DNA from: a virus
Taxonomy: Duplodnaviria; Caudoviricetes
Virus record (IMG/VR): IMGVR_UViG_3300007643_000013
Coordinates: 1-24,095 of that record
Strand: one strand, 5' to 3'
Length of the DNA stretch: 24,095 nt
Shown here: one piece after another, positions 17,746 to 24,095 of the stretch
Position numbering within the stretch: the stretch's first letter is position 1
How the letters are laid out: the number at the start of each line of letters is the position of its first letter
Program-made: the position numbers and the translations under genes
Notes under the pieces: generated by a model
Database searches by the model: none
Seen by the model: only the letters and a program-made list of their open reading frames with translations
What the model was told of the DNA's origin: nothing

Positions 17746-18450
17746 CCGCCGTAAATCATGCCCACACAATTGCAGGTCAGGCGGGACACCGCCGCCAACT
17801 GGTCGGCCACCAACCCCACACCGGCCCAAGGCGAACCGTGCTACGAAACCGATACCGGCGTGCTGAAGTTCGGCGACGGATCCACCGCCTACAACTCGCT
17901 GGCCGAATTCGGCGGCACGGTCGACACCGTTTTCGGCCGCACCGGAGCCGTCGCCGCCGCGGCCAGTGACTACGACGCCAGCCAGGTCGACAACGATAGC
18001 ACCGTGGCTGGCGCCTTTGTCGATGATGCTCTCGATACGCTGGCCGGTGCGATTACTACGCTCGACGGCGGCAAGTCCGACACCGGCCACGGGCATACGC
18101 TGAGCGACATCAGCGACGCCGGCGCCCTGGCGCCTCTCGACACCATCGACACCGCGCAGATCGACGATGAGGCGGTGACGCTGGCCAAGCTCGCGCCCAT
18201 GGCTACCGCCTCCCTGATCGGCCGCGACACCGCCGGCACAGGCGACCCGGAAGTCCTTTCCGCCGCAGACGCCCGCACGCTGCTGAACGTTGAAGACGGC
18301 GCCACCGCTGACCAGTCGGACGCCGAGATTGAAACGGCTTATAACAACCAGGTCGACGTGGTCACCCAGCCGGAAGCTGAAGCCGGCACGGTCACCGATG
18401 TTCGCCGCTGGACGCCGGAGCGGATCAAGCAGGCGATTGCAGCCCTCGGC
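16918..18450 (+). repeat. Duplicated ~121-codon module in the two fibre genes (16918-17280 and 18088-18450)
   Basis: Gapless alignment at offset 1170; identical 25-mer GAAACGGCTTATAACAACCAGGTCG at 17161 and 18331. Confidence 0.85.
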
Positions 18451-18846
18451 GCAGGCGGCCCAACGCAGGCCACGCAGGCAGCCATCGAGGCGGAAACCGA
18501 TGAAGACACGTACATACCGCCCGATCTGCTACGCCATCATCCGGGCGTAGCAAAGGCGTGGGTGCGTTTTAACGGCACGGGCACGATTGCAATTAACGGA
18601 AGTTACAACGTCGCGAGCATCACGGACATTGGCACCGGCAATTACCAGATCAACGTGGACGACGATTTTTCGGCGGCTGACTACTGCCTGCTGGCTTCAG
18701 CCGCCAATAATGGCACACGCAACTACACCGACTGCGCATCGAATGCAGCCAACACCGCAGGCGTGCTGCGGGTCATCACGTCGAACCAATCCGGCACACT
18801 GGCCGACAGTGACCTGGTTTGTGCCGCCGCATTTGGAGATCAATAA
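17758..18846 (+). CDS. Tail fibre protein 2 (Mtd_N-like N-terminus)
   Basis: QVRRDTAANW..NP..GEPCYETDTG..KFGDG; VFGRTGAV; C-terminal AKAWVRFNGTG..SYNVASITDIGTGNY domain. Confidence 0.85.
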   Translation: MPTQLQVRRDTAANWSATNPTPAQGEPCYETDTGVLKFGDGSTAYNSLAEFGGTVDTVFGRTGAVAAAASDYDASQVDNDSTVAGAFVDDALDTLAGAITTLDGGKSDTGHGHTLSDISDAGALAPLDTIDTAQIDDEAVTLAKLAPMATASLIGRDTAGTGDPEVLSAADARTLLNVEDGATADQSDAEIETAYNNQVDVVTQPEAEAGTVTDVRRWTPERIKQAIAALGAGGPTQATQAAIEAETDEDTYIPPDLLRHHPGVAKAWVRFNGTGTIAINGSYNVASITDIGTGNYQINVDDDFSAADYCLLASAANNGTRNYTDCASNAANTAGVLRVITSNQSGTLADSDLVCAAAFGDQ

Positions 18847-18847
18847 C

Positions 18848-19471
18848 ATGTCAGCACGGATTGTTTACAGGCTGCCGGATGGCGGCATGGCCGTTGTCAC
18901 GCCGGCGCCTGCATCACGCCGCCCCGGCGAAAGCCAGGAGTCGTGGCTGGAGCGGGTGTTTGACCGCAGCGTGCCGCTGGTGCTGACGAGCGATATCGCC
19001 GGCACGGACTACCGCGCTGGCATGGCTATCAAACGCAACACCGCGCGGAACCTGCTGGCCGCTGGCAGCAAATTTACGGCCAGCGAACCGGACTCAGAGA
19101 CGACAACCGCAGCAGCAGTCGCCGCTCTAGACCGCGACTTCCGCGGCGCCTGGCAGTACAGCAAGCAGGGCGGTGCGTGGATCGACCTGCCCCAGGCCCG
19201 CGCGCTGCACCTGGCGAGGATCCGCACGGCGCGGGATGCGGCCTTTGAGCCGCTCGATCAGGATTTCGCCAGGCACGACGCGCAGGCCAAGTACAGCGAC
19301 AACCAGCTCAAGAAGCTGGCGGCCCTGCGCGACGCCAAGGCCGCCGAAGATCAGCGGCAGCAACTACGCGACGCACCGCAGAGTGTGGCCGCTGAGCTGG
19401 CCGCCGCTGACACGCTTGAGAAACTCAAACAGGTCTGGCCGGCGGTTGTGCCGGTTCCCTCCAAGTCTTAA
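18848..19471 (+). CDS. Tail fibre assembly chaperone-like protein
   Basis: ATG 18848 just after the fibre stop, GGAG upstream; DRDFRGAW, IRTARDAAFEPLD, RQQLRDAP, LKQVWP. Confidence 0.75.
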   Translation: MSARIVYRLPDGGMAVVTPAPASRRPGESQESWLERVFDRSVPLVLTSDIAGTDYRAGMAIKRNTARNLLAAGSKFTASEPDSETTTAAAVAALDRDFRGAWQYSKQGGAWIDLPQARALHLARIRTARDAAFEPLDQDFARHDAQAKYSDNQLKKLAALRDAKAAEDQRQQLRDAPQSVAAELAAADTLEKLKQVWPAVVPVPSKS

Positions 19472-19500
19472 TGCTCCCACCGCGAAAAAGGAATTTCACC

Positions 19501-19890
19501 ATGCAGACACGATCCGCGTTATTAGTTGCCCTGGTTGCCGCCCTGCTGCTGCTCCCTGGCCTGGCCGCCGGGGATGAACGGGCCGAGTGCGAACGCCTGG
19601 CGCCGAAGTATCAGGCCGAGACGGAGGTGCGGTTGTGGGACGCCACCCGCGTCGACCTGCTCACTCCCACACACGCGATTGAAGTCGACTGGTGCAGGAA
19701 GTGGCCCGAGGCGATCGGGCAGGCGCTGTACTACGCGCTGGTCACCGGCAAGCGGCCCGGCGTGCTGCTGCTGATCTCCGACGCCCGCGCCGAAGCCCGC
19801 TACGTACACCGCTGTCAGGCCGTCTGCGCCAGACACAGCATCGACCTGTTTATCGAGAAGGTCCAGCCCACCCCGGCGCCGCCGGAATGA
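19501..19890 (+). CDS. Signal-peptide protein with PD-(D/E)XK-like fold
   Basis: AAGGA RBS; MQTRSALLVALVAALLLLPGLAAG signal; E..L.D.TRVD...AIEVD...EAIGQALYY. Confidence 0.75.
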   Translation: MQTRSALLVALVAALLLLPGLAAGDERAECERLAPKYQAETEVRLWDATRVDLLTPTHAIEVDWCRKWPEAIGQALYYALVTGKRPGVLLLISDARAEARYVHRCQAVCARHSIDLFIEKVQPTPAPPE

Positions 19891-19916
19891 CCCGGCTGTC
19901 CGGCAAAGTGGTGGGT

Positions 19917-20318
19917 TTACTCGGCCATTACGGGCGGGTCGATCTCTTCAGTCCACTCGACCAGCTTGTAGCGGCACTTGGCCGCCCGCCAGTCGCCGGC
20001 TAGAGCTGCCCGTAACTGTTCGCGAATCGCATCCTGTCCGTCGATCTGCTCGCACTCGATCTTGTAGAAGTCGCCATCTTCCCCAGTGGTGTCGCGGTTG
20101 ACGAACGCGGCGCCGAATACCGTTTCAGCCCAGTACTCACCGCCCTCCGGGTGCTCGCCCTGCTCCCGGAACGTGATCGTGGTGGAGCCGGTGAAGCGAG
20201 CGTCCATCTTGTCTATCACCTGATCGCCAGGCCCTGGCGCCCACGTAAGCACCGCCTGCGGACCCTGCTGCACCAGGTACAGCGTCTTGTATTGGGAGGT
20301 TTTTCCAGTCGTGATCAT
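19917..20318 (-). CDS. Hypothetical protein (133 aa)
   Basis: GGAG upstream on minus strand; natural acidic composition. Confidence 0.75.
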   Translation of the reverse strand: MITTGKTSQYKTLYLVQQGPQAVLTWAPGPGDQVIDKMDARFTGSTTITFREQGEHPEGGEYWAETVFGAAFVNRDTTGEDGDFYKIECEQIDGQDAIREQLRAALAGDWRAAKCRYKLVEWTEEIDPPVMAE

Positions 20319-20383
20319 CGTTTCGTCTCCAGGTTAAAAAGTGATCTATCTTATTTCCGTTTCACGGTGGACACGTCTGGTCC

Positions 20384-20602
20384 TTAACCCGGCTGATCTT
20401 GAGCACGGCGGGTGGCGGTCATGGTCCGCCCGTCGACCTGCCAGCCCCAGCTGGCCAGAGCGTCCAGGGCGGTCCGCATCTGATGTTCCGCCAGGCCGGG
20501 ATAGCGGGCGGCGACCGTGTCGCGTAGCTGGTGGAGGCTGACCGTGGTGCTACGGAAGGCTTCAGCGGCGTCGGCGAAAATGTAGTTGATGGTGGTCTGC
20601 AT
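20384..20602 (-). CDS. Small hypothetical protein, possible winged helix (72 aa)
   Basis: ATG 20602 with GGAG 8 nt upstream; downstream of a minus-strand promoter. Confidence 0.7.
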   Translation of the reverse strand: MQTTINYIFADAAEAFRSTTVSLHQLRDTVAARYPGLAEHQMRTALDALASWGWQVDGRTMTATRRAQDQPG

Positions 20603-20633
20603 GGCTGCGGCTCCGTGATCGTGCGGGGTGCGG

Positions 20634-20661
20634 TTGATTAACTTGTGCAATGCAGTATACT
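20634..20661 (+). promoter_or_regulatory. Candidate sigma70 promoter TTGATT-16-TATACT for the HTH gene
   Basis: -35 at 20634-20639, -10 at 20656-20661. Confidence 0.5.
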
Positions 20662-20681
20662 GGTATACCGTCATGCGTCAA
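20654..20681 (-). promoter_or_regulatory. Sigma70 promoter TTGACG-16-TATACT
   Basis: CGTCAA 20676-20681 and AGTATA 20654-20659 on + strand; near-consensus in AT-rich intergenic DNA. Confidence 0.65.
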
Positions 20682-20710
20682 TAACCATTACACAAAAACG
20701 CACAAGAAAC

Positions 20711-20941
20711 ATGCAAACCGTTGGAATCGCAGACTGCTGGCGCCCCGCCAAGGCGGCTGAGCTGGCTGGCGTCACCCGCAGCGCCATCTATCAGGCCATC
20801 CGGCGCGGGCAGATCAACACCGTTGAAACGGCCTGCGGGCTGACCCTGCTACACCGCGCGGAGCTGGACCGCTGGATTTCTGAGGCTGATGACCGCCAGG
20901 GCCGCGGCGGCCGGCCGCGCAAAGAGGAAACCAGCGGCTAG
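20711..20941 (+). CDS. Excisionase/MerR-like HTH protein with AT-hook-like tail
   Basis: PAKAAELAGVTRSAIYQAIRRGQI...L.RAELDRW; C-terminal GRGGRPRK. Confidence 0.85.
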   Translation: MQTVGIADCWRPAKAAELAGVTRSAIYQAIRRGQINTVETACGLTLLHRAELDRWISEADDRQGRGGRPRKEETSG

Positions 20942-21516
20942 ACCGGCTGCGTTACATCCTTGCGGACTAGCTCCCGCAGCCAAAGGGCGACATCTCCGCG
21001 GCCCTGCTCTTCGTACCAGTCGGCGACCTGCAGCGCGCGGGCTGGCGTGTACGGCGCCCATTCCTTAAATGGCAGCAGGGCTTTCCAGGCGGTGGGGAAG
21101 TGCTGCCACAGTTCGCCCGCGGTCAGCTCCATCACCGCGTCGGCGTCACTGTGATGCCGCAGCCATAGCCCGGTGGCGATGCCGACCTCCTGCACGGCGA
21201 TCTCCTGGAACTTCTGCAGCAAGTGCTTCCAGTCGCGTCCGTACCAGCCGTACCAGTCTACCTCCGGTTCGACGTAGTCGGTCAGTGCGAAACCGTTCAA
21301 CTCAATCGACCTGAGCAGATGCTCATCGCAAGCCGCCCCGCTGGCGATCCGTTCCGCCAGGTCACGCGCCATCTCGCCGTACGGCAATTGCTCGTCGACC
21401 GTAGCTGCTACAACCTTCGCCAGTCTCCCGGCAATCGCTTCAGCCACCGCCGGCCAGCGCGTCGACGGTTTCGGCGGCCGGATGTCTTCCATGCCTGGTA
21501 GTTTCATGGTCTGCAC
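20938..21516 (-). CDS. Hypothetical phage protein
   Basis: 192 aa ORF, GAAG upstream; C-terminal LQVADWYEEQG motif; alternative ATG at 21507. Confidence 0.75.
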   Translation of the reverse strand: MQTMKLPGMEDIRPPKPSTRWPAVAEAIAGRLAKVVAATVDEQLPYGEMARDLAERIASGAACDEHLLRSIELNGFALTDYVEPEVDWYGWYGRDWKHLLQKFQEIAVQEVGIATGLWLRHHSDADAVMELTAGELWQHFPTAWKALLPFKEWAPYTPARALQVADWYEEQGRGDVALWLRELVRKDVTQPV

Positions 21517-21528
21517 CTTCGCTTTTAG

Positions 21529-21915
21529 TTAAGAAATAACTTCCACGCCCAGTAGCTCCCAGTCTTCCGGGTAAGCGATATCTTCGTTGAACGGCCAGCC
21601 GTCCGCATCCGCAGCAATTTCAAGGTAGTCTTCTTTTTCAGTATCGCTCCACCAGTGCATCGCCCAGCCGTCACCTGCATTGTTAACGCAAAGCCGGTAG
21701 TCACCTGCCGGCTTTGCCGGCTTTAGCCACCCCTTTTTGACGGTGCACGGAACGTGATCGAAATAGGCTTTTAGCCGCCCCAGGTCTGACACGAGACCGC
21801 TTGCATACCGCTGCGCTAGTTGCATGTTTTCACCAGCCTGGCAACCGTGATGGCAGCCACAAGTGTTCTGTTTACACGCTTTCACCATGGCCCGTAAGCG
21901 AGGGATTGTTTCCAT
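21529..21915 (-). CDS. Hypothetical protein with Cys/His-rich N-terminus
   Basis: ATG 21915 with GGAG 8 nt upstream avoids overlap with the next gene; CKQNTCGCHHGC. Confidence 0.7.
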   Translation of the reverse strand: METIPRLRAMVKACKQNTCGCHHGCQAGENMQLAQRYASGLVSDLGRLKAYFDHVPCTVKKGWLKPAKPAGDYRLCVNNAGDGWAMHWWSDTEKEDYLEIAADADGWPFNEDIAYPEDWELLGVEVIS

Positions 21916-21938
21916 CTGTTCTTCTCCGTGTTTTGTGA

Positions 21939-22193
21939 CTATCGCGTGTTGCGCCACCTTAGCCAGGGCCGTGTGTTGGCCGCCTTCGAAGTCCGTGGCT
22001 TGGGTGGTTTTTCGCAACGTTGCAGGCTTGTATATCTGCGCCGGCGGACAAGCGATTCGCCTTTATGGTCTGTGGTCACTAGTCGAAAATGCGGCCAGTT
22101 AATTTCTGAAATCCGGGCAGTCTTCTGGTGATTGCCGAAGCTGGCCATAACGTAGTCACCAACAAGCAACGCCCTGGCCTCGATGGCTTTCAT
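21939..22193 (-). CDS. Small basic hypothetical protein (SH3/KOW-like start)
   Basis: ARALLVGDYV motif; ATGA coupling with upstream gene. Confidence 0.7.
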   Translation of the reverse strand: MKAIEARALLVGDYVMASFGNHQKTARISEINWPHFRLVTTDHKGESLVRRRRYTSLQRCEKPPKPRTSKAANTRPWLRWRNTR

Positions 22194-22447
22194 GGATTCA
22201 CCTTTCTCTGCTCTGCAATTCGTGCGGTTGCCGCCTGCGCTCCCACATCGTAAATCTCCACTTCAGCGACCCGGGTTATTTCAACACCGGCAGTATTGTC
22301 GATCTGCGAACAAACGTCGGCGGTTGTACGAACGTTACGCCCCTTGTAGGCCACTTTAAACCCGAGTCCTCGCAGGTGCCTGGCGACGGCGACAGCCACC
22401 GTTGTGGCCCCTTCACCGCGATTGCTTCTGATGTTAATTTCGATCAA
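22190..22447 (-). CDS. Small protein with degenerate P-loop
   Basis: TTG start with AGGAG; INIRSNRGEGATTVA..VARHLRGLGFKV. Confidence 0.7.
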   Translation of the reverse strand: MIEINIRSNRGEGATTVAVAVARHLRGLGFKVAYKGRNVRTTADVCSQIDNTAGVEITRVAEVEIYDVGAQAATARIAEQRKVNP

Positions 22448-22463
22448 CTCAATTCTCCTGTAG

Positions 22464-22667
22464 TTAAGACTTCGCTTTCAAGTATTCAAGTTCCCACGTC
22501 GGATGGTAGGCGCCCGCATGCTTCTCACCATCCAGCAGAATCATCAGGTAGCCGCCGCGGGCGCTCCTGATGGTGCCCTTCAGCGGTTCACCACGCCCGG
22601 TGTAAATGACGCGACCGCCACGTTTCGCGGGAACCCCGCGGGTTCTGCGGATATTAGCCATGCTCAT
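22464..22667 (-). CDS. Small phage hypothetical protein (67 aa)
   Basis: MSMANIRRTRGVPAKRGGRV...LDG...HPTWELEYL; ATGA overlap with the ParB-like gene stop. Confidence 0.8.
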   Translation of the reverse strand: MSMANIRRTRGVPAKRGGRVIYTGRGEPLKGTIRSARGGYLMILLDGEKHAGAYHPTWELEYLKAKS

Positions 22668-24095
22668 GGCTTCACCTTCGCTTTCAGGCACTTCGGCAGC
22701 GGTAGCGACTCCGCGGTGTGCAGCTCGATCAGCTCCGCCACCAGGTCGCTTTTCTTCTTGGCGGTGCACGTCGCCCGCAACTCCCGGCAGAGTTTTTGCA
22801 GCTGGGCGGTGGTGTGCATCTCCAGCAGCTCGGTGACCAGCAGACGGCAGACGTCGCCGGTGCGGGACTGCTCCCACACGCCGCCGGCCGTGGCGCCGGT
22901 CTGGCCGGCCGCGTAGGCGGTTATTTCTCCGCGGATGGGCATCAGCGGATCGTTGACCGTCGGCGGCGACGCGGGCGGGAACAGCTGCAACGGACCGCCG
23001 CTGCGGACGCCTGGCTCGACCGGCCAGAACATCAGCCGCACCACATCACGCTCGAACTCTCCCTGCTGGTCATCCAGCAGCGGCTCAAGATACCCGTGCA
23101 GCTGCGGCAGCGACTTTCCGCCGGTCTGGCTCTGCTGCTTGCCGCGGGTCACGTAGCTGACGATCAGCCGCCGCCAGCGCCCGGCATCCTCCAGCAGCAG
23201 CGACAGCAGCAGCGCCTGCGTCAGCCGCACGCCCGGTTCTATCAGGCCGGCGATCTGCTGCCGCACCGCCCGCTCTTTCCACTGCGCGACACGCCGCTTC
23301 AGCTGATCGTCCTGCTTAGCCCGGCGGGCCTTGTCCGCGGCCGCCACCTGGCTACGCTCCGCGGCGCTCATCGACGCCAGGGCCTTACTGGTTGCCCTGC
23401 CGGTCGTCTTGCCGCCCAGCTGCTTCAGCGGTTGGCCGCTGGCGTCGATCTCCCGGTTGCGGAACTGCTGCCGCGGTTGCTTGTTGAGCTGATCCCAGAG
23501 GTCTGTGTTGAGGGCCCGCCGGCGGGTTGCGTCGCCCACCGGAACCTCGACAATCAGCAGCTGTTTTTCCAGCTCTGCGGTCAGCTCAAACAGCCGGCCA
23601 TATTGCGCCAGCTGGGCGCCCTGCCAGGTTTGCAGCGGCCGGTCGCCCTCTTCCAGCGGCCGGGTCAGGTCGTCGGCCAGGCGGGCGAGCTGCTCTTCGA
23701 AATTCTTCCGCGACGTGATGAAGTCGGAATCGAGGTAGACCTCCGAAAGATCTTCGATGCAGGCGCTGTACATCCCCTGCAACAACGCCGGCGCTTTGCA
23801 GTACTTCTCCAGCGGCCGCAGCCAGCTGGCCGGCATCCGCCAGAAGCGTTCATCTTCCTTGCCGCCGCCTTCTTTGCCGCCGTCTTCTTTGCCGCCAAAG
23901 GCGACGCCTTCGCCGCCGACCTGCTGCCAGTAGGCCGGCAATGCGGCCAGGCCGCACCAGTGGCTGGCGGTGCCCTTGTGCACGCCGAACTCCGCGGCGG
24001 CCGCCGCCAGGGTCAGGCCGGCTTCACGCATCGCCAGCACCATGCGGCCCTTTTCGATCTCGCTCCACTTCCGCTGGTCGTCGCCGCGGGCGATC
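22664..24095 (-). CDS. ParB/Spo0J-like protein, 5'-truncated by window edge
   Basis: Frame open to window end: IARGDDQRKWSEIEKG..GLTLAAAAAEFGVHKGTASHWCGLAALP (ParB-type HTH region); C-terminal TTAQLQKLCREL..KKSDLVAEL helical motif. Confidence 0.7.
   Translation of the reverse strand, partial: IARGDDQRKWSEIEKGRMVLAMREAGLTLAAAAAEFGVHKGTASHWCGLAALPAYWQQVGGEGVAFGGKEDGGKEGGGKEDERFWRMPASWLRPLEKYCKAPALLQGMYSACIEDLSEVYLDSDFITSRKNFEEQLARLADDLTRPLEEGDRPLQTWQGAQLAQYGRLFELTAELEKQLLIVEVPVGDATRRRALNTDLWDQLNKQPRQQFRNREIDASGQPLKQLGGKTTGRATSKALASMSAAERSQVAAADKARRAKQDDQLKRRVAQWKERAVRQQIAGLIEPGVRLTQALLLSLLLEDAGRWRRLIVSYVTRGKQQSQTGGKSLPQLHGYLEPLLDDQQGEFERDVVRLMFWPVEPGVRSGGPLQLFPPASPPTVNDPLMPIRGEITAYAAGQTGATAGGVWEQSRTGDVCRLLVTELLEMHTTAQLQKLCRELRATCTAKKKSDLVAELIELHTAESLPLPKCLKAKVKP

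Larger units (their letters stand above)
1..24095. mobile_element. Tailed (siphovirus-like) phage/prophage segment: morphogenesis operon plus part of early region
   Basis: Canonical order terminase-portal-protease-capsid-neck-tail tube-chaperone-tape measure-fibres, no sheath gene seen; boundaries lie outside the window. Confidence 0.95.

Noticed and set aside
17743-17760. Stop-codon readthrough joining the two fibres
   Set aside because: Two in-frame TAA codons separate them
17758-18846. Diversity-generating retroelement targeting the Mtd_N-containing fibre
   Set aside because: No reverse transcriptase or template repeat in the window; fibre repeats differ at all base types and both copies are coding
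20711-20941. Firm excisionase call with nearby att site
   Set aside because: No integrase, tRNA or att-like repeat in the window; the fold is shared with many regulators

Overview
GC-rich tailed-phage (probably prophage) segment; the protein families resemble ones I associate with Planctomycete prophages, which is an inference. The + strand (1-19890) carries a near-complete virion operon: GpA-like large terminase, Zn-ribbon, gpW-like adaptor, lambda-type portal, prohead protease/scaffold, BPP-1/epsilon15-like major capsid, Bbp16-like cement, head closure, tail terminator, tail tube, G/GT chaperone with a -1 frameshift, tape measure, tail-tip proteins, two related fibres and a fibre chaperone. 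The right end (19917-24095) holds mostly minus-strand small genes, a divergent HTH gene and a truncated ParB-like gene. No integrase, small terminase or canonical endolysin is recognisable. Most notable: (1) a block between head and tail genes with a TM-extended cement, a permuted papain-like amidase and an intact receiver domain fused to a holin-like membrane tail; (2) a 16-bp palindrome GTTGTCC-NN-GGACAAC at three module starts; (3) an unannotated -1 frame ORF with about 85 dual-coded codons; (4) two opposed promoters sharing one palindromic -10 box. All family assignments come from motif recognition by eye, not from database searches.
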